Origin: Hypanus sabinus | Taxonomy: Eukaryota | Direction of reading: 5' to 3' | DNA length: 64,000 nt | NCBI RefSeq assembly: GCF_030144855.1 | Contig: NC_082715.1 | Location: forward strand, 39,680,001-39,744,000 | In this document: positions 12,850 through 25,233 of the stretch, in pieces | Position numbering within the stretch: position 1 is the first letter of the stretch | Layout of the letters: every line of letters begins with the position of its first letter | Translations under genes and position numbers: made by a program | Notes under the pieces: model-generated | Database searches by the model: none | Seen by the model: the letters and a program-made list of their open reading frames with translations, nothing else | Told to the model about the DNA's origin: nothing

Positions 12850-14815
12850 CAAATTATTGGGACGGGGCCTTTTGGGGGAAGGCTAATTACAATGGTATTA
12901 GTCAGGAACTTGGGAGCCTAAAGTAGGAACAGATGTTCTCAGGCAAGTGCACAGCAGAAATGTGGAGGTTATTTTGAAGCTCTTGCATGGGGTTCTGGAT
13001 AGGTTTGCCCCACTGAGACAGGGAAAGGATGGCTGGTTGTAGGAACAGTGAGGAGGAACAAGAGAGGACAAAGGAAGCAAACTTAAGGTTTAGGAAGCAA
13101 ACATTAGACAGAAGAGAGTTAAAAGGTAATCAAGAAAGAGCTTAAGTAGGGACTTAGGAGACCTAGAAGGGGTCATGAGAAGGCCTTACCACACTCTAGG
13201 TGTTCTACACACACGTGAGGAACAAGAGGATGACTAGATTGAAGGTAGGATTGCTCAGGGACAAAGCAGGAAATATGTGCCTGGAGTTGAAGGAGATAAG
13301 GAAGTCCTTTATAAATACTTTGCTTCAGTGTCCAACAAGGAGAGGGGTTTTGACGAAGGTGAGGTCAGAGTAGTAAAAGCTAATATGCTAAAACATGTCA
13401 ATGTGAAGAAAGAGGCAGTGGTGGAGCTTCTGAAAAAAATTTGGATAGATAAGTACTCCAGGTCAGACAGGTTATTATGAAATGAGAGGGGACAGATTGC
13501 TGAGGCATTAACAATGATCTTTGCATCTTCCTTTGCCACAGGACTCCTAACAGAGGATGACATGTGTTCCATTATCCTCAGAATTATACACCTTATGTTA
13601 ATGGAGGGCAAAATAATGGAGAGGATTCTTGGGGACAGAATTTATCACCATTTGGAAGAGCATATGTTTATTAGGGATAGTCAGGATGGTTTTGTGAGGG
13701 ACAGGTCATGCCTCATGTGCCTGGTTTGAGTTTGTTAAGGAGGTTTAAATTGATAAATTGATTAAGATAGAGTGAATTTGACAAGGTTCCCCATGTTAGG
13801 TTCTTCCAGAAAGTCATGAGGCATAGGATTCATGGAAAACAGCCTGCATGGATTCAGAGTTGGCTTCCCTACAGAAGGCAGATAGTGGTAGTGGATCGAA
13901 TACATTCTACCTGGAGGTCAGTGACCAGTGTTGTTCAGCAGGGATCTGTTCTGGGAACCCTATTCTTTTTGATTTTTTTTTATATATAAATGACCTGGAT
14001 GAGGAAGTGGAAAGGTTAGTTAGTAAATTTGCAGATGACACAAAGGTTGCTGATGTTTTGCATAGAGTCATAAGTTACGATGTGATATAGACAACTCGCA
14101 GGACCGGTCAGGGAATTGGCATATGGAGTTCAATATGGAAAAAATGAGAAGTGGTACACTTTGGAAGATTGATCTTAAGTGTTAATGGCAAGATTCTTAA
14201 CAGCATGGAGGAACAGAGGGACATCAGACAATAGATCCCTCAGATTTGTCACACACATTGATAAGGTGGTATGGTGTGTTGGCCTTCATTCATTGATGGA
14301 TTGAGTTCAAGAGCCAAGAGGTAATGATGCAGCTCTGTAGAACTCTAGTTAGACCACACTTGGAATACCATGTTCAGTTCTGATCACCTCAATATGGAAG
14401 CTTCATAGAGGGTTCAGAGCAGTTTCACCAAACTGCTCTCTGGATCAGAGAATAGGTCTTATGAGGAAAGGTTGAGTGAGCTCGTGCTTTTCTCTTTGGA
14501 GTGAAAGAAGATGAGAGGTGACTTGTTGTGAAGATTATGGGAGGCATAGATAGAGCCAGTACCTTTCTCTGAGGTTGCCAATGGCCAATAACGAGAACAT
14601 CCTTTTAAAATGAGTGGAGGGAAGCTGAGGGGTAGTGTATTTACCCAGAGAGTGGCAAGAGCCTGGAATGCATTGCAAGGGATGGCTGATGCAATAGGGA
14701 CATTTAATAGGCACATGGATGTAAGAGAAATGGAGGATTATAGGCTATGTAGGAGGGAAGACAGAGCATCAGGGGCATTAAGGATAATACTGTGCTTTAT
14801 GTTCTATGTTTTATT
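12850..14815 (+). mobile_element. CR1 LINE ORF2 (5'-truncated) to 3' tail
   Basis: LYINDLDEEVERLVSKFADDTK; FTQRVARAWNAL; tail ctgtgctttatgttctatg. Confidence 0.9.
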
Positions 14816-15184
14816 TGTATGCCACCCTGTTACACCCCTGATTATAGGATCATTCATCAAAGTTATTATCAGATTTGTCCTTTGACATTGGACTTCCTTT
14901 TCTGCTAAACAAGTTAAATACACTCTCACTAAACTTAAAACAAACTGACAAGCCATGAAGACTTTCTTTCCATGACCAAGCAGCCTAAGGCAGAATCATT
15001 AGTAGTTTGAGTCTCAGGATCCCTTGGAATAACAGTGTTTTCACCAAAGGTTTCAAGTAATATTGCTCATACGTAATTCTGCATTCACCACCACAAAGAA
15101 TTCTCCTCTGTTTATTCAATTAATTTTCACTTCACAAATTTTCTATCCATTGTTGAAAACATGGACACAAACTGATCTTATGGA

Positions 15185-15275
15185 TGTTACAGACAAAATA
15201 CTGAAGGTTCAGGCAGCATCTCTGGAAAGAAATGGAAAATCGATTTTTCAGGTCAGGACCCTTCCTGGACAGCAC
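15185..15275 (-). mobile_element. Penelope terminal remnant
   Basis: caggcagcatctctggaaag...caggtcaggacccttc resembles the Penelope ends at 25000 and 40600. Confidence 0.5.
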
Positions 15276-15639
15276 CTGCGTGCCATTGTGTCTCCATTGT
15301 CAGTTATTTGTCAGTATCTCTGGCATTCACTCTCCTCACAGGGACCTGGAATATTAACACAGCAACAATTATGGAGTTTACATCTTGATTGTGGGATAGG
15401 ATTGATAAGTCAAAATCTCTTTGTCAGCTGCTGGTCTTAGAGGACAACACCTGAGATAAATATAATTTCTTTATCTTATGGTCTCCTGAGCTTTGGATCA
15501 AACTTTCATTTACGTGTTTTAGTAATCATGAAAGAAAAGGGCTCGACAAATGATGAATTAACTCACTAATTGTAAGGTTTGCCAGCTCAGTAATTAAATC
15601 CACAGAAGGTCGATTTCTCTTTGTTCTTTGTTTCAGCTT

Positions 15640-15925
15640 TCGATGCGTTTATGAGCAGCACAATGGAACAGCTTCCAGACCTGCCGCCTCACACTCCAGT
15701 CACCGGACCTCTCGAGCTGTCAGTTTGAGAGTTTGCTTTGTCTCTCTCTCTCTGGCTGTGTGGGTTTCCTCTAGATGTTCTACTTCATTTCCACATCCCA
15801 AAGGTGTGTTTGTTGGTAGTTTGTGTGTAGATGAGAGGTGGAATCTGACAGGAATGTGGGAAGAATGAACTGGGATATGTTTAAGTGGGTGTCTCATGGC
15901 TACTGTAGATCCCGTGGGCTGAAAG
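15640..15925 (+). mobile_element. V-domain SINE remnant
   Basis: gtgtgggtttcctctagatg...ccacatcccaaag V-core. Confidence 0.6.
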
Positions 15926-15926
15926 A

Positions 15927-18010
15927 CTATAACACCATAAGACTATAACACATAGGAGCGGAATTAGGCCATTTGGCCCCTCGAATCTGCTCTGCCAGTC
16001 CATCATGGCTGATCCAACTTCCCTCTCAGCCCCAATCTCCCCATAACGCTTCATGCTCTGACTAATCAAGAATCTATCAACATCTGCCATAAATATACAT
16101 AAAGACTTGGCCTCCACAGCTCCTGTGGCAAAGAATTCCACAGATTCACCACATTCTGGCTGAAGAAATTCCTCATCTCCATTCTAAAAGAATGCCTCTC
16201 TATACCGAGGGTGTGTCCTTTGCTCTTCGGCTTTCCCACCATCCTCTCCACATTCACTCTATCAAGGCCTTACCATTCGATATGTTTCAATGAGTCACCC
16301 CTCATTCTTCTACATTCTAGTGAATACAGGCCCAGAGCCATCAGATGCTCTTCATATGACAAGCCATTCAATCCCAAAATCATTTTTGAGAATCTCCTTT
16401 GAACCCTCTCCAGTTTCAGCACATCCTCTAGAAGATAAGGAGCCCAAAACTGTTCACAACACTCCAAGTGAGGCCTCACCAGTGCCTTATAAATATCCTT
16501 GCTTTTATATTCTAGTCCTCTGAAATGAATGCTAATATTGCATTTACCTTCCTCACCATAGACTCAACCTGCTCAAAGACTTTCAAGTCCATTTGTGTCT
16601 CAGTATTTTGTATTTTCTCTCCATTTAGAAAATAATCAACCCTTTCATTTCTTCTGCCAAAGTGCATGACCATACAATTTCCAACACAGTATTCCATTCT
16701 CCTAATCTGTTTAAGTCCTTCTGTAGTCTCTCTTCTTCCTCAACACTACTTCTCTTCCTCCTATCTTCATATTTACTAGAATGTTACCTGGGTTTCAGCA
16801 CCTAAGTTACAGAGAAAGGTTGAACAAGTTAGGTCTTTATTCTTTGGAGTGTAGAAGGTTGAGGGGGGACTTGATAGAGATATTTAAAATTATGAGGGGG
16901 ATAGATAGAGTTGACGTGGATAGGCTTTTTCCATTGAGAGTAGGGGAGATTCAAACAAGAGGACATGAGTTGAGAGTTAAGGGGCAAAAGTTTAAGGGTA
17001 ACATGAGGGGGAATTTCTTTACTCAGAGAGTGGTAGCTTTGTGAGGTGAACTTCCAGTAGAAGTGGTAGAGGCAGGTTCGGTATTGCCAATTAAAGTAAA
17101 ATTGGATAGGTATATGGACAGGAAAGGAATGGAGGGTTATGGGCTGAGTGCGGGTCAGTGGGGTTCGGCACTAATACCTAATATAAGAGTAAGCGTTCGG
17201 CACAGACTAGAAGGGCCAAGATGGCCTGTTTCTGTGCTATAATTGTTATATGGTTATATATTGTCTGTAAACTTCAATTCCAGCATCCAAATCATTAACA
17301 CATAACATAAAAAGAATTAGACCCAAACCCAACACAGACCCTGTGGAACACCACTAGTCACAGTTAGCCAGTCAGAAAAGGCTCCCTTTATTCCCACTTT
17401 TTGCCTTCTGCCAATCATTCATTGCTCTATACCGTAGGTTTACAGCTTATTAAGCAGCCTCGTGTGTGGCACCTGCTCAAAGGTCTTCTGAAAATCCAAG
17501 TACACCACATCAACCAATTCTCATTTGTCTATCCTGCTTGTTACTTCTTCAAAAAAATTCCAAAAGATTTGTCAGGCAAGTGTTTCCCTTGAAGCACTGC
17601 TGACTATGGCCTATTTTATCATATTCCTCCAAGTATCCTGAGACCTCATCCTTAATGATCGACTCCAACATCTTCCCAACCACTGAGGTCAGAGTAACTG
17701 GCCTGCAGCTTCCTTTCTTCTGCCTCTCTTCCTTCTTGAAGAGTGGAGTGACAATTGCAATTTTCCAGTCTTCTGGAACCATTCCAGAATCCAGTGACTT
17801 TTGAAAGATCATTATTAATGCCTCTACAATCTCTTCAGCCACTTCTTTCAGAACTCTGGGGTGCACACCATCTGGTCCAGGTGACCTATCTACCTTCAGT
17901 CTTTTCAGTTTCCCAAGAACCTTCTCTCTCGTAATGGTAACTTCACACACTTCATGCCCTCTGACACCTGGAACTTCCAACATACTGTTAGTGTCTTCCA
18001 CAGTGAAGAC
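15927..18010 (-). mobile_element. CR1 LINE ORF2 3' half, interrupted at about 16771-17257
   Basis: ORF 17549..18001 (SPGPDGVHPRVLKE...PEDWK), RPHLECCEQFWAP, FFSQNVVNLWNSLP. Confidence 0.92.
16771..17257 (+). mobile_element. Younger CR1 3' fragment nested antisense in the older CR1
   Basis: Clean frame LSYRERLNKLGLYSLECRRLRGDLIEIFKIM...FFTQRVV; tail ttatatggttat; ATAT at both junctions. Confidence 0.9.
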
Positions 18011-20879
18011 CTGTTTCCATACTTGGGCTCCATGATGGGAAGCAGTTTCCTGGCCCTTTATGTAAGTGATCTTTCTTCCTTTTCCCCATACCAGGTTTTA
18101 ATATAACTCTTCATCATGGGGCAGCGTAATCAGACCACTTCTCTCAGGGATCATTAAATCAAGATCAGCCATGAATTCTGATTTCAGTCCCTGCCTTTTC
18201 CTCACAAGTCCAATAGTTGAATCACATGAGAGATACAAGCCTTAAGAGAGTTTTATCTTGTGCAGCAGAACAAGAGCTATCACAACACTCTAATCTGCTG
18301 AAATAATTCAAGTCCCGAGGCCGTCTTGTGTACTGCAACAGCACAAAAGCATCCTTATATCAAGAAGCAAAGGAAGAGTGAAGGTGTTCAGGATCAGTCA
18401 AGGGGTAAATAAGGAACAATGACCTAGAAATAATGCATGAGATTCCCCTCACCAACACTTGCATCTCACCTATTAAACCAAAATTCAAACTGACACATTA
18501 ACCTCATCCACTTGTCTGGATATAAACCTTTTGTTCAGAGGTATTAGTCACCGGTGGAAAACCCAGGGATGTTAGATTGATATAAATCTGAAACATCACT
18601 GTTCTGACCCTACAAACTTGATTTTGCTGATAGTAATAACCTTGCTCCCCAGAGCATGCTGGTTCTATTTCTTTCTGCAACCTGGATCGAAGGCAAGGTA
18701 TCTTTGGAGTCAACTTTTAATTTACTTTCCTGACTGATACCTGAACGTCTTCACTTTTGCACTTTGTTTATCATGGGTACTGGTATAATTAGCAAAGGCT
18801 GACTGTAAATTGATCAGCACTCAGTTACAAACCCTCAGTATAGGAGTGAGTAGTATTTGCACTTTGGTGCCACTGACCCTCCCAGCATCTAGTGGACCTC
18901 CCAACAAGGCTCCAGAAACAGATCTTCATTGAAGAATGGAGTGACGGTGTTGCAGCATCTAAATATAAAGCTGTTAAGCTTTCTGGATCTCACAGATGAA
19001 GGCATTGGATTTCATCATCTGATCAGCCACCCAATACATGATGTGTGAAATCTCTGTGATTTTTAGCTTGAAGACCTCAACATCTCCAGATATCATGGCA
19101 AACAGTCCATTCTTCACATATTCTATCACCCCCAACCCAACTCCTTACCCCTTGCACTCCTCATTCATCGCTCTTCTGGTAATCTCCTTCTTGGCAGGGA
19201 GAGTGTGGGTGCTAGGTGGCTAGGATTGCTGGTATGATTGGTAGTGAAGGGTCTGAATGGATTTTCTTCTTTCATTGCTTCTGCTTGACAACACAAAGTG
19301 TCATGACAAGGAATTGAGTGGTTAGTGAGGAGAATGGACAAGTTGTGTTCACATACAGCTCGTTGGAAAATGGGACACAGAGATTTTGACAAAAGCTTTA
19401 TCACGATGAAAAAGTATGGAAAAATGTTTTTGTGAACTCAGGGTGATGCTTGCTTTTTGCTCGTCCATCAACAATGAAAACATCTTGAACAGTGGAGAAA
19501 ATCAACGATGATGGTGGCAAGGGTGGGGATACCGGTTCATCTGTGTTTGTTTTCTCTTTTACGAAGAATTCTTGAGCAGGTGGATGTATGTGCAAGGAGC
19601 CTTGGGCAACTTGTTGGACATTAACAATTAATCTTAAAATTTTACAATAAATCTATGGGGAAATTTTTAGATGATTTCTTCTTCAAAGGTGGCTATCCTG
19701 TGCCATTATTAATGACTAATGACATTTGTCAGTATCTCAGCTCAGAGAGACTGTCCTGAATACTTCCTTCGGCTGAATCGGATAACAATCTCTGAGCTTG
19801 GTCTCTGATGTAATTTTCTTCTGTTTTCCTCACTGTGGAGTTAATGGTCCAGAAAATGAAATTCTTCTTTCAAGGAATGCTTGGCTAGTTAAAATTTGAC
19901 TAAATGCCATATCATATCCGCTGGTCAATGTGCTGCTGTTTGTCCACAGCAGTTCAACACTGTTGAGAATCTGGGCAGATTCACCACAATGCCGTTTAAT
20001 CAGGGGAGGCTCCCTCCTCCCACTTCTCACGATGATCACTCAGCAGTGGAACATCTGAAGTCATGCACTAAAAAGCAGCTTTTAATATTTTCAGGATTTC
20101 TCTACGGATATGTTACAACTAAAAATATTCTCAGAATGGTAGTTGTGAAGAGTTCTGCATGAAAACAATTTGTATAGTTTCCTGAAGGTGGATTTGCATA
20201 AAAAATGTTGTTTTGCTCTGATTAACAATTTCATTTGCTGGGCAGGTTACATTTCCCTTTGCTCATCTGCTTAAAAGTATCTTATGGCATTAAATGCTTC
20301 TAAAAGTCAGTGTTCTCGCAAGATTCTCTCATGGCATAAAAATGATTGGAACTGTTTCATGCAAAAAATGACATTTAGTTGCTAATTAACACTTTTTTAA
20401 ATATTCCATGAACCACTGTATATAATCTATTATCACCAGCACCTCATTAAATTTCATGGCTTCGCTCTTCCTAAAATCGCATTAAAATCCCCATTGCAGG
20501 TGTCATCAACAAGAGAGTTCTATGCCCAGGTTCTCAACATCGCCAGTATCTCTGCTTCCAAGCAATGATGTGTTGACTGTAGATTATTCCTCTAGAGAAA
20601 TTCCAGTTCTCTTCAGTGCACATCAGTAATTGCATATGACAGAAAGGTGAAAGTGCTGACATTGTTGATGAAATTACTTGTCTCTTTACAGGCTTTATTT
20701 CAGCCAGTGTAATTAAGGAATAATTTTATTCCTTCACTGTTGTGAGGGGAGCACTGAATAGTGAACTGTTCATCACAAAGTGTATTCTTATTTGAATAAG
20801 ATTTTGCTTTTCTTCACATTGATCTTTGTTTGAAATGTGGCAAACAAAATAAGTGTCACTGATGGTGGAAAGATGGACT

Positions 20880-21402
20880 TCGGGGCAGGAGTGAAGTGAT
20901 GGTGGTGCTAAACAGCGACTCCTTTGCTTGCATCTTCGGAAACAGCTCTACTTCGGTCCTTGATATCTCTTTTTTTCCTTTTCAAGGTTCTTTCGAAGAC
21001 CCTGACCTGGAGTTACTCTCTGACATTGGTTCTTCGCGGGAATGGGACCCGCTCTCGGGGGTCTCACGACTGGCCGTTATTTTGATATCCCAAATTACCG
21101 GGCGAACGAGTAGTCTCTGGGGTACTGCAAGTCTGTGACTTTATTGATGCTTTGCTGCACGCTTGAGTGCTCGGTGGTGGGTGCTGATGCTTTTTTGCTG
21201 GTAGGGGAGGGTGGAGGGGGTCATTGCCTCAGTGCTACTTGTGCATAGGAGGGGGAGCTGGTGGGGGGGGGGGGTTCTAACGTTCTATTTGTCATTCATT
21301 CTTTTGGACACCACTCTGTTTTCTTGGATGTTTGTGAAGAAAAAGAATGTACATTGTATACATTTCTCTGACATTAAGCGTACCTATTGAAATCTACTGA
21401 AA
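20880..21402 (+). mobile_element. Putative non-autonomous LINE-derived short element
   Basis: CpG-rich head, G-rich middle and a LINE-like tail gtatacatttctctgacattaa...tattgaaa; no coding remnant. Confidence 0.4.
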
Positions 21403-21869
21403 CAAAAAAAGAATATAAATTGTCTCCTTATCTCAATGGATTAAAAAAAAACTTCTTTCATTTAGGTCAGAGGTCGAGGCATTCATTGACAGTATGCCAG
21501 GTATGATTAGACACCTGCTGTACTTTGAAGCTGTAAATTCGTCCAGCTGTGGTATAAATAGGTTACCATGTACTGCCGACAAAGGAACATGTGGGTGGCA
21601 TATGACAATTCAGTTGTACCATATGTAATGGGCCCTTACACTGCGGGTGTAACCCAGGTTAATTAAACCCAAAGATGTAACATGAGAAAGCTCCACCTGT
21701 GGAGGGATGAAAACAATGTTTATCAAAGAGAACTTGGAAAAAAGCTTTGCGAGAATGAGGCACGGCTGTTGCAGGCATGCACAAGTGAGGGAAATGTTGC
21801 AATCTATAGGAAGCTAAAGATGTAAGCTGTTAAGGGTGGAATTAGTAGTGAGTATCTCTACACTACTTA

Positions 21870-22290
21870 AGACTGATTTATACTTTTGCGTATGGGCTAC
21901 GCCATAGGCCTGATTTTCACTTCTGTGTAGGCTCTACGACGTAGCGAGCATGCGTTGGTGTGCGCCAAAACACTAGTTGGCGGTGGGGTTTCCTTGCCAC
22001 TGTGTTGAGTTTCTTCGTGAGAGATGTGGATGAGGAAATGTATTTCAAACATTTTCGCATGTCGGCAGATAGATTTGATGATTTGGTTCATCTATTTCGC
22101 ATCGGTGTACAGATATGGGGAGAAGAAGCAACTGTGTAGGAGGAAATGCGATGCTACCAAGCTGACCAATCACAGTTGTTGCGGTCTGCATCGCCGCAAC
22201 GCATGAGTTACTTTTTTGGGAGGTTCAAGTCACCCTATGGCGTAGGGTACGTGATACCTATGGCATAGATGTAGAAGTATAAATCAGGCT
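21870..22290. mobile_element. PIF/Harbinger MITE
   Basis: TIRs AGACTGATTTATACTT / AAGTATAAATCAGGCT (15/16); TTA TSD at 21867-21869 and 22291-22293; internal TIR-like copy near 21908. Confidence 0.85.
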
Positions 22291-22709
22291 TTACTTGAAA
22301 ACCTCAGAGTGAAACCCCTGGAGGAGAGGCAATAGTGATAAAAAATTTATTGAAGCCACAGCTACAACAGGCAGTAGCTATAGCGAGACAATTTCGCTAG
22401 AGACCAGTGTCCAAGATCTCTACTGTGAAACTGGGAATAAGTTCTGTTAAATCATGCCAAGGGATTTGGGTACTTTTTTTGGGTAAGTATTGTGAATGGA
22501 TTTTCTATGGATGATCAAATACATCATCCAACGAACCAAGAAACAAGATAGCAAGCCACCCAAGATCAAAGAACCAGCATGGGATCAAAATGTTTCATGA
22601 TGTAGAGGATTTAATATGGTTAGATGTACAAGGTTATTTTCATTCGAAGAATCTGAATTTGATTTTCTGCAAGAACTGATTATTTTTGCTAAGGCTTCTT
22701 CTTATGCTG

Positions 22710-23905
22710 TAGACCAATGATATAGATGATAGAATAGATGGCCTGTTGCCGGGTTTGCAGATGATACGGGGATCGGTGGAGGGGCAGGTAGTGTTCAGGA
22801 AACAGGTAGGCTGCAAAATGACTTAAACAGATTAGGAGAATAGGCAAGAAAGTGGCAAATGAAATACAACATTGGAAAATGCATGGTCATCTACTTTAGT
22901 AGTAGAAATAAATGTGCAGACAATTTACTAAACGGGGAGAAAATCCAAAAATTTGAGATTCAGAGGGACTTGGGAGTCCTTGTGCAGGACACCCTAAAAG
23001 TTAACTTGCAGGTAGAGTTGAAGAGAAAGGCAAATGCAATGTTAGCATTCACTGCCAGAGGTCAAGAATACAAGACAAGAAAAAATCTGTAGATACTGGA
23101 AATCCAAGCAACACAAACAAAACGCTGGAGAAACTCAGTAGGTCAGGTAGCATCAATGGAAAAAAAAGTACAGTCTGTATTATCGGCTAGCTTTCAGCCC
23201 GAAATGCCAACTGGACTTTTTTCCATAGACACTGCCTGGCTTGCTGAGTTCCAGCATTTTGTGTGCTTTTGTCCAGAATACAAGAGCAAGGATGTAATGC
23301 TGAGGCTTTATAAGACACTGGTGAGGCCTCACCTTGAGTGTTGTGAACAGTTTTGGGCTCCTCATCTATGAAAAGATGAGCTGGCATTGGAGAGGATTCA
23401 GAGGAGGTTCACGAGAATGATTCCAGGAATGAAAGGGTTATCATATGAGGAACATTTGATAGCTCTGGGACTGTACTTGCTGGAATTTAGAAGGATGCGG
23501 GGGGGTGGTGGTGTGGGGGGGATCTCATTCTAAACTTTTGAATGTTAAAAGGCCTAGACAGAGTAAATGTGGGGAAAATGTTTTCCATGGTGGGGGAGTC
23601 TAGGACAAGAGGGCACAGACTCAGGAAAGAGGGGCATCCATTTAAAACAGAGATGTGGAGAAATTTCTTTAGCCAGAGGGTGGTAAATTTGTGGAATTTA
23701 TTACCACAGGTACCTATGAAGGCCAGGGCATTGGGCATTTTTAAGGCAGAGCTTGATTGGTTCTTGATTGAACAAGGGATCAAAGATCATGGGGAGAAGG
23801 CCAGGAAGTGGGCTGAGGAGGAGAAAAACAGATCAGTCATGATTGAACGGTGGAGCAGACTCCGTGGGCCAGATGGCCTAACTCTGCTCCTGTGTCTTAT
23901 GGAGT
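22710..23905 (+). mobile_element. CR1 LINE RT 3' part, interrupted at 23076-23270
   Basis: FADDT, RDLGVLV, LVRPHLECCEQFWAP, FFSQRVVNLWNLLP. Confidence 0.92.
23076..23270. mobile_element. Fold-back Penelope-derived short insertion
   Basis: Two inverted Penelope end copies; TSD gtcaagaatacaaga (23061-23075) / gtccagaatacaaga (23271-23285). Confidence 0.8.
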
Positions 23906-24539
23906 TTGCTAAGTTACTCAATGCGATCTACTTTATTTGAAAGTTATGATGTTGGAGAATTTGTTATGAAAGGAGTTAAGCTGTATGTACATATTTTTCG
24001 TGTTGAATTTGAATTTGTAGGCATACTAACAAACTAAAACTGAAGTTCTCCATAATACTTGAGAATAGGAATTCAGTTAGTTTCCTAACTAACTGGGGGT
24101 AAATTTTTTAAAAAATGTTAGTCTGTAAACCTTTACATAGGGAATAAGACTAGATCAAATTAAATAAAGAAATTGGAGTAATAAATGTTATTCTAATGAA
24201 TCTCACTGATTCTAACTAAACAAAAATTTGGTTTTCATTTGATGTTTGAGATTTGGAACCTAAACAGCATGTTGGAATTTTGAATTGTTCTTATTCATAT
24301 TTTGTATATATTACCATTTTTATAAACAAAACTTACTTCCAGAACTGAGTGTTTTCTATTCTGAGCCTCCTCCTGGAGTTTCTGATGGCCTTCTAGCACC
24401 CAGTGTAGTACTGCGTAATCTGATTTTCTCAGAATGAATGCCATAACCAGTCACATGAAATAAGACGAGCGTGACACAGGTGTTACACCTGTGATCCTCA
24501 TGAGTCCATGTCACCTGTCCTTTTGCCTCTTCCTATCGA

Positions 24540-24770
24540 GGTGTATTGCATTTGGTGTTTACAATGTGATCTCCTCTCCAATGGACAAACTAAATACAGG
24601 TCTGAGGTCACTTTGCAATGCACCTCAGTTCCCATCCCCACTCCCACTCTTGCTCCTTCTGTCTGTTACCTTCTGCACAGTTAAAATGACCAACCTTGAG
24701 GAATCATATCTTAAATTATTCTGGACGCATTGCATATGGAGCCTACCCTGATTCAACAGCTTTGCTGGTG
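24540..24770 (+). mobile_element. Penelope C-terminal (GIY-YIG region) remnant, old
   Basis: Decayed NLEESYLKLF.. resembles the KLEEQHLIF motif (clearer antisense copy near 41000-41045). Confidence 0.4.
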
Positions 24771-24994
24771 AATCTGCCCAGATTCTCAACTGAGTTTAAC
24801 TGCTGTTTCTCCAACTTTAGGTAGCTCACTCTTTCTTTCTGTCTACTTCAGAACTTACTATTTGTCTCCATCGTTTTGGCTCAGTTTTTCTTTAACTGTA
24901 TAATATAGTAAGTCCAACTGGGCACAACCTTCAGTCTTATCGTAAGCAGGACACCGCACAAAGTTTAATCTGACCTTACTGCTATATTCACTCA

Positions 24995-25233
24995 ACACAC
25001 ACAAAATGCTGGTGGAACACAGCAGGCCAGGCAGCATCTGTAGGGAGAAGCGCTGTCGACGTGTCGGGCCGAGACGTCGACAGTGCTTCTCACTATAGAT
25101 GAGTCCTGACGAAGGGTCTCGACCCGAAACGTCAACAGCGCTTCTCCCTATAGATGCTGCCTGACCCGCTGCGTTCCTCCAGCATTTTGTGTGTGTTGCT
25201 TGAATTTCCAGCATCTGCAGATTTCCTCGTGTT
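24995..25233. mobile_element. Fold-back Penelope-derived short insertion
   Basis: Arms acacacacaaaatgctgg...gcagcatct and agatgctgcc...ccagcattttgtgtgtgt; TSD tgctatattcactca (24980-24994) / tgctgtattcactca (25234-25248). Confidence 0.85.
25101..25138 (+). ncRNA. Minimal type I hammerhead ribozyme motif (Penelope-type)
   Basis: CUGACGA (25106-25112), extra A, stem II GGGU-CUCG-ACCC, GAAAC, GUC triplet (25131-25133), palindromic ACGU in place of stem III; stem I is degenerate in this copy. Confidence 0.65.
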
